DNA of 64,000 nt from a virus: IMG/VR virus record IMGVR_UViG_3300014050_000012, positions 1-64,000 of that record; one strand, 5' to 3'. This document shows positions 7,210-17,393 of the stretch, piece after piece (the stretch's first letter is position 1; every line of letters begins with the position of its first letter). Under the pieces are notes generated by a model. That model searched no databases. It was not told the origin of the DNA and was given only the letters and a program-made list of their open reading frames with translations. The position numbers and the translations under genes were made by a program.

Positions 7210-7762
7210 TTTTCCCATAACAATTACTCCTCCGCCATATACTGATCCATCAACTAAAAAAATTACTCAGCCAGAATCTATAACTTTACAAGATTTAAAA
7301 ATAACTTATATTGATAGTCCGGATCAAAAAAAATTAGTAGCAAGAATAGACTCATTACCCTATGTGCTTCCTTTGGTGGAGTCAGATCAAGAATATGATA
7401 ATTTGGGTGATTATTCTAGTTCCATTAGAGAAAAACTAGTTAAAGAAAAACTAGGATCAGATCCGGCAGCTAAAATAAGATCTTTGTTTCCTCCTACGTT
7501 AGAAGAATTTCCAAATGGTCCTGGTACAATACTATCACAAATCATTAAAAGCGTTGGCATATCTATAACACCAACATGCAAATGCATGAAACATGCTAAT
7601 GAAATGAATACTAAAGGAGTACAATGGTGCGAAGATAATATAGAAACAATTATAGAATGGCTTAAACAAGAATGTAAAGAACGAAATATTCCATTTATTC
7701 CAACAGTAGTTCGTATGGTTGTTAATCAAGCTATTAGTAAAGCTAAAAAACATGTCATATAA
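7199..7762 (+). CDS. hypothetical protein with GPGT/CxC/WC domain, paralogue of 34566..35135
   Basis: full-length similarity to 34566..35135. Confidence 0.7.
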   Translation: MKLDFPITITPPPYTDPSTKKITQPESITLQDLKITYIDSPDQKKLVARIDSLPYVLPLVESDQEYDNLGDYSSSIREKLVKEKLGSDPAAKIRSLFPPTLEEFPNGPGTILSQIIKSVGISITPTCKCMKHANEMNTKGVQWCEDNIETIIEWLKQECKERNIPFIPTVVRMVVNQAISKAKKHVI

Positions 7763-10700
7763 TTTTGATGATGCATGGTTAGGTCTAGGAGATTTATCTA
7801 AACTAACTATTAGTCGTAATCTTATGATTAATAGATCCAGAGAAGATATAGAAAATCCAGATAAACATTTATTAAAAATTATGAGAGATCCCAATTATTT
7901 AGGATCAACATGCAAACTACTAATGAACATTGAACTACATCCTATACAGATAGCAATATTACAAGAATTTTGGAATAGAGCTTTTCCAATGTTTGTTGCT
8001 AGTCGTGGTTTTGGTAAAAGTTTTTTATTAGCACTATACGCTACATTAAAATGTATCTTTATTCCCGGAACCAAAATAGTTATAGTTGGTGCAGCATTTC
8101 GTCAAAGCAAAGTGATTTTTGAATACATGGAAACGATTTGGAGAAATAGCCCAATTCTAAGGAGCATATTCAATGGCAATGACGACGGCCCGCGAAGAGA
8201 TGTTGATAGATGCACAATGAGATATGGCGACAGCTGGGCTATTGCTATTCCAATGGGTGATGGATGTCTTACTTCTGATACCATGATAACATTCAGTAAT
8301 TGTTTTTCAACACTAGGATCATTATTTGATTTAGATTACGATGAAGAACTAGATACTGTTAATAACTGTGAAGTTTGGGACAATATTAAGTTTGAAAAAA
8401 GTTTACATAAAAGATATAATGGATTAAAAGATACAATTAAAATCAAAACAAAAAGAGGATTTGTTCTAGAGGGGACACATAATCATGAAATTAAGGTATT
8501 TGATGGAAATAATGTGATTTGGAAAAGATTAGATTCTATCAACATAAATGATAAAATCCTAATAGATGTATCAGAAAGATGGCACGAAGGAACAACAGAA
8601 CTAACAACAGACGAATCTTATGCTTTAGGATTGATGATAGGAGATGGCTGTTGGACCAATAAATATAGATTAAGATATACATCTAATGATCCAGAACTAG
8701 TAATAGCATTAGAAAAAGGCACAGGATATAAATTTTATCAATGTTCTGATGGTATTCATTATAATCATGATAGTATAAAAAATGTTAAAAAATGGATGAA
8801 CAAGTGGCAAATTGATCATACATATACTAAAGACAAGCATTTACCAGAACCTATTCTTCATAGTTCTCAAGAAATAATGAGCGCTTGTTTAAGAGGTATT
8901 TTTGATACAGATGGACATGTTCAAGGGAATAAGGCCAAAGGAGGTATTGGAATAACAATAAGTTTAACCAATACTTCAGAAAAATTAATGAAACAAATTC
9001 ATTATATTTTATTACATTACGGTATTGTCTCTACTCTTAAATCGCGAAAACGCAAAAAACAATGGAATACTATTTATGAGTTATTGATTAATGGTTATAA
9101 CGTCAAAAAATTTGCAGAAAAAATTGGCTTTGGATTAAAACGTAAACAACATTCTCTAATAGAATATATATCAAAAAAACAGAAATGGTTATCTCAAGAA
9201 AAATATTATAATAGTTTTTTATTAGATTATATTACAGATATTAGTTATGATCGTAATTACACATACGATATAGAAGTTGAAAATTCTCATCAATATAATG
9301 CTAATGGTATATGTGTTCATAATAGTAAAATCAGAGGTCTAAGAGCACATATTATTATCGCAGACGAATTTGCGTCAATATCTCCAGATATTTATGAAAC
9401 GGTTGTTTCAGGTTTCGCAGCCGTGAGCGCTAGTCCAATACAAAATGTAAAAGAACAAGCTAAAAAAACAGCGATGCAAGAAATGGGCATATGGAATGAT
9501 GAATTAGAAGCATTAGACACAAAAATGAGCAATCAGGCCATAATAGCAGGAACAGCCGACTATGCTTTTAAGCATTTTGCTAAATATTGGAATAGATATA
9601 AAACTATTATTAATAGTAAAGGAGATATTAATAAACTCAAAGATGTATTTCCAGAAAGTGTTCCAGAAAATTTTAATTGGAAAGACTATAGTATAGTAAG
9701 AATACCATATGAATTAATTCCTAAAGGATTTATGGATGATAAACAAGTTGCTAGAGCAAAAGCCACTATTCATACTGGTATCTATAATATGGAATATGCC
9801 GCTTGTTTTGTTGAGGATAGTGAAGGATTTTTTAGGCGTAGTCTAGTAGAAAGTTGTGTTGTATCAACAGAAAAAAATATCACAGATTCCCAAGGAAGAC
9901 CAATACTTTTTGACGCAACAGTTAAGGGTTCCTCACACAAGCAGTATATATATGGCATCGATCCTGCATCAGAAAATGATAATTTTAGTATAGTTATTTT
10001 AGAATTAAACAATGATCATAATAGAGTAGTATATTGCTGGACAACTAATCGTAGTAATTTTAAAGATCGTCAAAAGACAGGGCTAGTAGAAGATCATGAC
10101 TTCTATGGTTTTTGTGCAAGAAAAATTAGAAATTTAATGAAAACTTTTCCATGCGCTAGAATAGGATTAGATGCTCAAGGAGGAGGTATAGCTATAGAAG
10201 AAGCTTTACATGATCCTGATAAGTTAAATGATGGAGAAATATTAATTTGGCCAACTATAGACTACAGCAAATCCAAAGAAACTGATAATCAGCAAGGATT
10301 GCACATACTTGAACTTATACAATTCGCTAGAGCAGATTGGACTAGTCAAGCTAATCATGGTTTACGAAAAGATATGGAAGATAAAGTATTGCTATTTCCA
10401 AGATTTGATAATCTTACACTAGGTTTAACACTAGCATCAGAGGGACAGGATATATTAACAACAGATCTTAATCCTATTTATGATAATCTTAGCGAATGTG
10501 TTGTAGAAATTGAAGAACTTAAAAACGAATTAACCACAATTGTTATGACACAAACTAGTCAGGGCCCCAATGCTAGAGATAGATGGGATACTCCAGAAGT
10601 AAAACTAACTAGCGGTAAAAAAGGTAGATTAAGAAAAGATAGATATAGCGCATTACTTATTGCTAATATGCTAGCAAGACAAATGACTAGATCATATAAA

Positions 10701-10835
10701 ACTATCGAATATGATGTTGTAGGAGAAAACGCTAAAAATGCTACAAAATTAAATGGTCAAATGTACAAAGGTCCAGAATGGTTTACGTCCAACGCTAATG
10801 ATAATGATATATATTTGGGTATTTATAATAATTGA
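7752..10835 (+). CDS. terL: terminase large subunit, intein-interrupted
   Basis: Walker A ASRGFGKS, Walker B IIIADE, C-terminal nuclease YGIDPA...KDRYSA; start likely MSYNF at 7752 (ORF track 7719). Confidence 0.88.
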   Translation: MSYNFDDAWLGLGDLSKLTISRNLMINRSREDIENPDKHLLKIMRDPNYLGSTCKLLMNIELHPIQIAILQEFWNRAFPMFVASRGFGKSFLLALYATLKCIFIPGTKIVIVGAAFRQSKVIFEYMETIWRNSPILRSIFNGNDDGPRRDVDRCTMRYGDSWAIAIPMGDGCLTSDTMITFSNCFSTLGSLFDLDYDEELDTVNNCEVWDNIKFEKSLHKRYNGLKDTIKIKTKRGFVLEGTHNHEIKVFDGNNVIWKRLDSININDKILIDVSERWHEGTTELTTDESYALGLMIGDGCWTNKYRLRYTSNDPELVIALEKGTGYKFYQCSDGIHYNHDSIKNVKKWMNKWQIDHTYTKDKHLPEPILHSSQEIMSACLRGIFDTDGHVQGNKAKGGIGITISLTNTSEKLMKQIHYILLHYGIVSTLKSRKRKKQWNTIYELLINGYNVKKFAEKIGFGLKRKQHSLIEYISKKQKWLSQEKYYNSFLLDYITDISYDRNYTYDIEVENSHQYNANGICVHNSKIRGLRAHIIIADEFASISPDIYETVVSGFAAVSASPIQNVKEQAKKTAMQEMGIWNDELEALDTKMSNQAIIAGTADYAFKHFAKYWNRYKTIINSKGDINKLKDVFPESVPENFNWKDYSIVRIPYELIPKGFMDDKQVARAKATIHTGIYNMEYAACFVEDSEGFFRRSLVESCVVSTEKNITDSQGRPILFDATVKGSSHKQYIYGIDPASENDNFSIVILELNNDHNRVVYCWTTNRSNFKDRQKTGLVEDHDFYGFCARKIRNLMKTFPCARIGLDAQGGGIAIEEALHDPDKLNDGEILIWPTIDYSKSKETDNQQGLHILELIQFARADWTSQANHGLRKDMEDKVLLFPRFDNLTLGLTLASEGQDILTTDLNPIYDNLSECVVEIEELKNELTTIVMTQTSQGPNARDRWDTPEVKLTSGKKGRLRKDRYSALLIANMLARQMTRSYKTIEYDVVGENAKNATKLNGQMYKGPEWFTSNANDNDIYLGIYNN
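8265..9323 (+). mobile_element. intein (353 aa) with LAGLIDADG homing endonuclease
   Basis: N-terminal CLTSDT, block B GTHNHE, LGLMIGDG and LRGIFDTDG motifs, C-terminal YDIEV...VHN followed by Ser. Confidence 0.92.
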
Positions 10836-10846
10836 GTGTATTATTA
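10834..10846 (+). promoter_or_regulatory. putative late promoter (GAGTGTATTAT)
   Basis: member of recurring GGTGTATW motif; about 52 bp upstream of portal ATG. Confidence 0.55.
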
Positions 10847-10887
10847 AAGTAATCACATCATAATCCTACTGCATTACAATTAATATT

Positions 10888-13086
10888 ATGGCTAAAAAAT
10901 ATCCAAGAAGTGAAACAGCTAATACTACCAATAATTCCGACGAACCAGCTTTTATAGCTTGGGGAGACGACGAAGCTTCTCGACAAGAAGCTATGAAAAT
11001 TTCTGGACAATCATTATCTGAATATACAGTTGTTGAAAAAGCAGGCGCAACCAGACGATATAATCTTGATTATTCTGATCTTGATCGTAATACATCAGGC
11101 AGACCAGGATTAACCAAATCTGACTACTATTATTTTAGACCAGGCGAAGCTATTCCTGTTAGACAAAAACAGATAATGCAAAAGGCCGAAGATATTTATC
11201 AAAGAGTTGGTTTAGTAAAAAATGTTATTGACCTTATGGGCGACTTTGCTTCTCAAGGAGTTAGGTTGGTTCATAAAGATAAAAGAATAGAAAGATTTTA
11301 TAAACAATGGTTTAAAAAGATTAGGGGTAAAGATCGTAGCGAAAGATTTTTAAATAATCTATACAAGACTGGGAACGTTGTTGTTAATAGACAAACAGGT
11401 AAACTAAGCTTAAAAGTAGCTAACGATCTTTATAAAAGCGTATCATCTCCAGATCTCTTGGTAGATAAAATTATAACTCCAATCGTTGAAAAAAGAGAAA
11501 TTCCTTGGAAATATACTTTTATAGATCCTGTTGTAGTAGACATAACAGCCGGCCCAATAGCATCATTTGCACAACAAAAATTACTTGAAATTTCTTTACC
11601 AGCACCAATTAGAAAAGCTATATTAGCTCCAAAAACCGAAATTGAAAAACAGATTGTTAATTCTTTACCACAAAATATTGTCGAGGCAGCAAAACAAAAA
11701 CGTGGATATCCATTAGATCCTAATAAAACTCTAGTCTTTCATTACAAGAAAGATGATTGGCAAAGCTGGGCATATCCTATGATATATGCTATTATGGATG
11801 ATATTACAATTCTTGAAAAATTAAAATTAGCAGATATGTCAGCATTAGATGGCGCGATATCTAATATTCGTATTTTTAAATTGGGTAGCCTAGAACATAA
11901 AATATCTCCTACCAAAGCAGCAACCAGTAAATTAGCACAAATTTTAGGCAATAATGTTGGTGGTGGTACAATGGATCTTATTTGGGGTCCAGATATTGAT
12001 TTGCTAGAAAGTAAAACTAGTGTGCATCAATTTTTAGGAGAAGGTAAATATATCCCTCATTTAAATAGCGTATATGCTGGTCTTGGTATTCCTCCAACGC
12101 TCACCGGCACATTTGGTGCAGCAGGAACAACAAATAATTTTATTAGTCTAAAAACCCTCACACAAAGATTACAATACGGAAGAGATGTATTAACAGAATT
12201 CTGGGAGAATGAAATAGCAATAGTACAAAAAGCTATGGGTTTTAGATATCCTGCTAAAATAGAATTCGATAAAATGGATCTTAGTAATGAAGATTCCGAA
12301 AAGGCTTTACTTATTCAATTAGCAGATCGTAATCTTATTAGTGACGAACTATTACATAGTCGTTTTGGTTTTGATGCCGATATAGAAAAATCAAGACTAT
12401 CAAGAGAATCTAAAGATAGGGCAAAAAATCGTATGGTTAGAAAAGCTGGGCCGTGGCATGATCCTCAATTAGAAAATTCATTAAAGAAAATAGCTCTACA
12501 AAGTGGATTAGTATCTCCTAGTCAAGTTGGACTAGAATTAGAAAAAAAGAAAAATGGCGAAAAAAATGCTATGGAACTTAAACAAGAATTGGCAATGCCT
12601 AAACTTGGTTCGCCAGTAGCACCATCTGTTGGACCAAATTTATCTGGACAACCTAATCAGGGTCGTCCTAAAAATAGTAAAGATACCACCCAAAGAAAGC
12701 AAAAGCAATTTTCTCCCCAAACAGGAGCTAGCTTAAATATATGGGCAAATAATGTTCAGGATAAAATTAGTAATATTATTAATCCTATTATTTTAGACTT
12801 CTATAATAAAAAAAATCTTAGAAGCTTATCTAATGAAGAAAGTAAAGAATTAGAAAAAACTAAAACTAAAATTTTATTCACATTAGATCCTTTTGAAAAT
12901 ATTAGTCATAATTCTGTTGTTAGTAAACTAGAAACTATAAATGATCAAAAAATTCTAGCTACTATGGATATATATAGTGTATGGTTAAATAGATTAAAAT
13001 CTGATTTGCAAGAAGAATTGTCTACTGAAAATATTAAACAAGCTAAATCTTCATTCTATACTACCCTCTATTCTTTAGATAATTAA
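10888..13086 (+). CDS. probable portal protein
   Basis: position directly after terL, size, helical content, GLGIPP and QPNQGRP motifs. Confidence 0.7.
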   Translation: MAKKYPRSETANTTNNSDEPAFIAWGDDEASRQEAMKISGQSLSEYTVVEKAGATRRYNLDYSDLDRNTSGRPGLTKSDYYYFRPGEAIPVRQKQIMQKAEDIYQRVGLVKNVIDLMGDFASQGVRLVHKDKRIERFYKQWFKKIRGKDRSERFLNNLYKTGNVVVNRQTGKLSLKVANDLYKSVSSPDLLVDKIITPIVEKREIPWKYTFIDPVVVDITAGPIASFAQQKLLEISLPAPIRKAILAPKTEIEKQIVNSLPQNIVEAAKQKRGYPLDPNKTLVFHYKKDDWQSWAYPMIYAIMDDITILEKLKLADMSALDGAISNIRIFKLGSLEHKISPTKAATSKLAQILGNNVGGGTMDLIWGPDIDLLESKTSVHQFLGEGKYIPHLNSVYAGLGIPPTLTGTFGAAGTTNNFISLKTLTQRLQYGRDVLTEFWENEIAIVQKAMGFRYPAKIEFDKMDLSNEDSEKALLIQLADRNLISDELLHSRFGFDADIEKSRLSRESKDRAKNRMVRKAGPWHDPQLENSLKKIALQSGLVSPSQVGLELEKKKNGEKNAMELKQELAMPKLGSPVAPSVGPNLSGQPNQGRPKNSKDTTQRKQKQFSPQTGASLNIWANNVQDKISNIINPIILDFYNKKNLRSLSNEESKELEKTKTKILFTLDPFENISHNSVVSKLETINDQKILATMDIYSVWLNRLKSDLQEELSTENIKQAKSSFYTTLYSLDN

Positions 13087-13088
13087 TT

Positions 13089-14618
13089 ATGAATATATTT
13101 ATTGCCGAACAAGAAGATGGTCTAGAAGATATTATCAAATCATCCGCATCCATAACCTATGCATCTATTGCAGAAAAAGCTGATTCTAAAGACGAGCCAG
13201 CAATGAGATGTATGGTAAAAAGCGAAGCATCTGTCAAAGATTCTGACTTATATTATGTTCAATCTATTTTAGTAAGTTCATCTTGGAATAAAAATGATGA
13301 TATTTTTGATAAAACAGAAGTTTGGGCAGCAAAAGATTCTCCAGAAGACAAACCAACAAATCTTGAACACGATGAAAATACTATAATAGGCCACATAACT
13401 GCTAATTGGCCAATTGATGATAGTGGAAATATTATAGATAAAGATATTCCATTAGATCAACTACCAGATAAATATCATATATTAACAGGATCCGTTATTT
13501 ATAGGGGATTTACAGATCCTGAACTTAAAAATAGAGCAGAAACATTAATTTCAGAAATTGAAAATGGAACTAAATTTGTAAGTATGGAATGTTTTTTTAA
13601 AGGATTTGATTATGGATTGCTAAATACTAAAAATGGTAAATATTCTATATTACCAAGAAACGAAAGTACGGCCCATTTAACTAAGTTTTTACGAGCTTAT
13701 GGTGGAGTTGGTCAACATGAGAACTATAAAATTGGTAGAGTTTTACGAAATATTACTTTTTCTGGAAAGGGTTTTGTTAATAAGCCCGCTAATCCTGATA
13801 GTATAATTTTTTCACAAAGTTGTATTTGTGATAAAAAAAATGATTCTTTCGAAGAATTAGGTGTATTACTGAATCAGTCAACCTGTATACCGGAGACAAT
13901 AGATATGAGTTTAGACACAACACAAAATAACGTAGCAACTGAAGTATCGGAGGCATCAGTGGTCACAGAAAACACCAATGAGTCTCCAGTAGCAGAAGTA
14001 GTGACTAACACAACAGAAACCGAAGCTGCTGTTCCAATGAATAAAGATGAAGATACTCTTATGAAAATGGTTGAAGAAAAAGCTATGAAAATGGCTGAAG
14101 AAAGAGCCATGAAAATGGCGGAAGAAAAAGCTATGAAGATGGCCGAAGAGAAAGCTATGAAAATGGCAGAAGAAGTTGCTCTAATGAAAGCTGAGTATGA
14201 ATCAAAATACAAAGCTGCACTAGCAGAACTAGAAGAAGCTAAAGAAGCTATCGCTGCTTATAAGGCCAAAGAAGTTGAAGACATGAAAAAAGAGAAAAAG
14301 AACAAAAGAATGGCCGCTCTTATCGACCTTGGTGTAGCTAAAGAATTAGCTAATGAAACTGTTGATAAGCTAGAAAAAGTTGATGATGACACATTTGAAA
14401 CATTCAAAACACTTTTTACTAACAATTATAAAGCAGAAGAATCAGTAGCTAGCGAAAATGAAGAAGTTACTCCAGAATTGCTTGATACTGTAGAAACTGA
14501 AGAATCAGTTAATTTATCTGTTGGCTCAGAAAGTGTTTCTTCAATAGACACTACCCGTGCCGAACTTGTTGAATTCGTATGTGCTAGACTAGGCAAAAAA
14601 CTTAATAAGGGAGAATAA
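13089..14618 (+). CDS. prohead protease fused to scaffolding domain
   Basis: N-terminal NKNDD.F / NLEHD...IIGH / VSMEC / G.GFVNKPA motifs; acidic coiled-coil C-half; lies between portal and capsid genes. Confidence 0.65.
   Translation: MNIFIAEQEDGLEDIIKSSASITYASIAEKADSKDEPAMRCMVKSEASVKDSDLYYVQSILVSSSWNKNDDIFDKTEVWAAKDSPEDKPTNLEHDENTIIGHITANWPIDDSGNIIDKDIPLDQLPDKYHILTGSVIYRGFTDPELKNRAETLISEIENGTKFVSMECFFKGFDYGLLNTKNGKYSILPRNESTAHLTKFLRAYGGVGQHENYKIGRVLRNITFSGKGFVNKPANPDSIIFSQSCICDKKNDSFEELGVLLNQSTCIPETIDMSLDTTQNNVATEVSEASVVTENTNESPVAEVVTNTTETEAAVPMNKDEDTLMKMVEEKAMKMAEERAMKMAEEKAMKMAEEKAMKMAEEVALMKAEYESKYKAALAELEEAKEAIAAYKAKEVEDMKKEKKNKRMAALIDLGVAKELANETVDKLEKVDDDTFETFKTLFTNNYKAEESVASENEEVTPELLDTVETEESVNLSVGSESVSSIDTTRAELVEFVCARLGKKLNKGE
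13905..14618 (+). CDS. nested in-frame scaffolding protein (237 aa)
   Basis: internal GGTGTATTAC motif at 13860, GGAG RBS at 13892 and in-frame ATG at 13905. Confidence 0.55.
   Translation: MSLDTTQNNVATEVSEASVVTENTNESPVAEVVTNTTETEAAVPMNKDEDTLMKMVEEKAMKMAEERAMKMAEEKAMKMAEEKAMKMAEEVALMKAEYESKYKAALAELEEAKEAIAAYKAKEVEDMKKEKKNKRMAALIDLGVAKELANETVDKLEKVDDDTFETFKTLFTNNYKAEESVASENEEVTPELLDTVETEESVNLSVGSESVSSIDTTRAELVEFVCARLGKKLNKGE
14061..14180 (+). repeat. 5 x 24-nt tandem repeat encoding MKMAEEKA
   Basis: visible tandem units with synonymous variation. Confidence 0.95.
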
Positions 14619-14619
14619 T

Positions 14620-15069
14620 ATGGCTCTTAAACCTGATCGTATCGAAGTACTTACCGATGTATCATTTTTCATGAATACAACTGGCGCTAGGGGCGGTGTT
14701 GTTTGCACTACAACTAGTGGTTCAGGCGTAGCAATGGATGATTCTGCTGCTGTTGTGGCATATGCTGCTGCTGCTAGCGGTTCTCTTCCAGTCGGCGTTC
14801 TATTAAATGACGTAGTCAATTATGATCTAACCAGACAGCACATCAATTGGCACAAAGATGAAGTGCAAGTTGGTGGCAAAGTCACACTATTGCGTGTTGG
14901 TCAAGTTACTACAAATCTGGTTGATGGTACCCCAAGTGCTGGTAGCGGCGCTTATGTTGGTGCTAATGGCCTAATTTCTACCACAAGTACCAACGCTGTG
15001 CAAATTGGCTCATTCTTGAGCAAAGTAGATGCTGATGGTTACGCCAAAGTCTCAGTCAACATTCGATAA
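14620..15069 (+). CDS. capsid decoration/cement protein
   Basis: small beta-rich protein (GVLLNDV motif) immediately upstream of the capsid gene. Confidence 0.6.
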   Translation: MALKPDRIEVLTDVSFFMNTTGARGGVVCTTTSGSGVAMDDSAAVVAYAAAASGSLPVGVLLNDVVNYDLTRQHINWHKDEVQVGGKVTLLRVGQVTTNLVDGTPSAGSGAYVGANGLISTTSTNAVQIGSFLSKVDADGYAKVSVNIR

Positions 15070-15095
15070 TTTTTTAAAATAAGGGAGAAACACTT

Positions 15096-16109
15096 ATGTC
15101 AGAAGTTAATACTAAAGCTTTTAAGCCAACACCAGAACTTACCGATCTTTTGGTAAAATCTGGTTCTGCTAATAGAGAGGTATCTCTTGCTGCTAATGCA
15201 GAATTTGCAAAAGCACTAGAGCTTCCACTTCGTCAAGGTTTGTTGAGTGGTGATATTCTTGATGGTATTTTTGAACCCATTCAATTGGCTCAAAGTGCTA
15301 CTCCTGAATTCCCACTAGATTTCTTAGCTCCTGGAACAGAAAAAGACTTTGTTGCTTATACTGTTCCTAATCACGGCTATATTCCAGAACGTCATGTTGA
15401 AGGCGATTACGTCATGGTTCCAACCTATGACATCGGAGCTAGCATCGACTACTTACTAAAGTATGCTCGTGATGCTCGCTGGGATGTTGTTGGTCGTGCC
15501 ATGGAAGTGCTAGAAGGTTCATTTGTCAAGAAGATGAATGATGACGGCTGGCACACTGTTCTTGCCGCTGGTGTTGATCGCAATATCGTAGTTTACGATA
15601 GCGATGCTACTGCTGGTCAATTTAGCAAGAGATTGGTTTCTTTGATGAAAACAGTCATGAGACGTAATGGTGGTGGTAACTCTGCCAGTAATAATCGTGG
15701 TATGTTAACTGATCTTTATGTTTCACCAGAAGCTATGGAAGATATCCGCAACTGGGGTATCGATCAAGTTGATGAAGTGACTCGTCGTGAAATTTATACC
15801 GCTGCTGACGGTACTCTTAACAGAGTATTCGGCATCAATCTTCACGATCTTGATGAACTTGGTGAAGGTCAAGAGTATCAACTATTCTATAGCAATACTC
15901 TTAGTGGTAGTCTTCCTGGCAGCAAACTAGAAGTTGTTGTTGGTCTTGATCTTCGCAAGAGAGACAGCTTCATTATGCCAGTTCGTCAAGAAGTTCAAAT
16001 TTTTGAAGATGATACTCTTCATCGTCAAAAACGAGCTGGTTTCTATGGTTGGGCAGAACAAGGTTTTGCTGTTCTTGATAATCGTAGAGTGCTACTTGGC
16101 GCTCTATAA
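15096..16109 (+). CDS. major capsid protein (HK97 fold)
   Basis: size, strong RBS, biased codon usage, C-terminal GFYGWAEQGFAVLD, followed by terminator. Confidence 0.8.
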   Translation: MSEVNTKAFKPTPELTDLLVKSGSANREVSLAANAEFAKALELPLRQGLLSGDILDGIFEPIQLAQSATPEFPLDFLAPGTEKDFVAYTVPNHGYIPERHVEGDYVMVPTYDIGASIDYLLKYARDARWDVVGRAMEVLEGSFVKKMNDDGWHTVLAAGVDRNIVVYDSDATAGQFSKRLVSLMKTVMRRNGGGNSASNNRGMLTDLYVSPEAMEDIRNWGIDQVDEVTRREIYTAADGTLNRVFGINLHDLDELGEGQEYQLFYSNTLSGSLPGSKLEVVVGLDLRKRDSFIMPVRQEVQIFEDDTLHRQKRAGFYGWAEQGFAVLDNRRVLLGAL

Positions 16110-16131
16110 TATAACCATAATAACTTGATTA

Positions 16132-16167
16132 TAAAATAGGGCTGGCCTAGTGCCAGCCTTATTTTTT
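16132..16167 (+). terminator. intrinsic terminator after capsid gene
   Basis: AAAATAGGGCTGGC-CTAGT-GCCAGCCTTATTTTTT. Confidence 0.85.
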
Positions 16168-16178
16168 AGGTGTATAAT
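16168..16178 (+). promoter_or_regulatory. putative late promoter AGGTGTATAAT
   Basis: immediately after the terminator, 37 bp before the ATG at 16206. Confidence 0.65.
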
Positions 16179-16205
16179 ACATTAGTATATAACAAAGGAG
16201 ATATT

Positions 16206-16721
16206 ATGGCTTGGCAATCTGATATTATTAATTTAGTTAGAGTTTTAATAAATGATTTATCTGATAATCCTAGTTATAATGATGATAGATTAACGCAAGT
16301 TATAACAGTAGCTGCTAGATATGTTCAGTTTGATGTTCAATTAGAAACAGAATATAATATTGATAGTATAAATAATATAATAACTCCTGATCCAACAGCT
16401 AATAATGACGAGATTTTTCTTTGCTTAGTTAGTTTAAAAGCAGCTTGTATTATTGATCAAAGTAATTTTAGAACCAGAGCAGCACTAGAGGGTGTAAGGG
16501 CCGGTCTTGGTCCTGCTCAGTTAGCAATATCCAATCATTTATCAGGCTTTAAAGAAATTATACAGCACGGTCCGTGTCAGTTATATACCGATTTATCAGA
16601 ACACTGGGATATTCAACAAGCCACATCAGTTGCTGCTATACTTAGTCCTTTTGTTGGTAATAAATTTGATCCATTTATGCTTATCGCCTACGATAATCAT
16701 CGTCATAAAAATATGTTCTAG
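16206..16721 (+). CDS. probable head-tail adaptor (head completion) protein
   Basis: VRVLINDL...YNDDRL motif; follows MCP; start at 16206 after AAAGGAG. Confidence 0.55.
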   Translation: MAWQSDIINLVRVLINDLSDNPSYNDDRLTQVITVAARYVQFDVQLETEYNIDSINNIITPDPTANNDEIFLCLVSLKAACIIDQSNFRTRAALEGVRAGLGPAQLAISNHLSGFKEIIQHGPCQLYTDLSEHWDIQQATSVAAILSPFVGNKFDPFMLIAYDNHRHKNMF

Positions 16722-16732
16722 AAAGGGCATTA

Positions 16733-17161
16733 ATGTCAGCCGCTAACTATAATTTTACTATAGAAAGAGGATCATCTTTTAGAATATCATTAGTATATAA
16801 AGATGCTAATGAAAATCCTATTAATATTACTAATTGGTGTGCTAGATTAACTATGAAAACTGAATATTTATCTGTTAGTAAAAAAAGTCTAGTATCAACA
16901 AAAGTATATACTACGACTAATCTAGATTATTCATTATATAAATTTTATATAGATGGTACTGATGGTAGATTAACCCTATTATTACCGTCTGATACTACCA
17001 ATAATTTTGACTTTGACAGTGCTAAATACGATCTTGAATTACAATCACCAGATGAATTCTATGGAGATGGTGGTAATTATACTATACGATTACTTTATGG
17101 TGTAATTACAATTAAACAACGATATAGTAGTTCTGAAACCGCATTGGATTGTCAGACATGA
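16733..17161 (+). CDS. beta-sandwich fibre-attachment/adaptor protein, paralogue of 35233..35661
   Basis: YNF.IE+G.SF...PIN.TNWCARL...YDLELQ.P shared. Confidence 0.6.
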   Translation: MSAANYNFTIERGSSFRISLVYKDANENPINITNWCARLTMKTEYLSVSKKSLVSTKVYTTTNLDYSLYKFYIDGTDGRLTLLLPSDTTNNFDFDSAKYDLELQSPDEFYGDGGNYTIRLLYGVITIKQRYSSSETALDCQT

Positions 17162-17376
17162 GCAATATTATTGTTATTGAAACCTCTAATGAGGCCAATA
17201 TAGTTACTATTGAAGATCAGGTTTCATTAAATATTGAAGTTGTCAATACAGAAAAATTTTTAATTTCAGATTTACCAGATAATATTCCATTAACAAAAAT
17301 TAAAAAGACTGGAGTTGATGGGTTGGATTATTATTTAGACAATTATTTTTATGAACTAGACTGTGGATCACCATAA
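17149..17376 (+). CDS. small hypothetical virion protein
   Basis: ORF ending in LDCGSP, like the IDGGSP end of the next gene. Confidence 0.6.
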   Translation: MSDMSNIIVIETSNEANIVTIEDQVSLNIEVVNTEKFLISDLPDNIPLTKIKKTGVDGLDYYLDNYFYELDCGSP

Positions 17377-17393
17377 CATTAAAGGTACCAACT

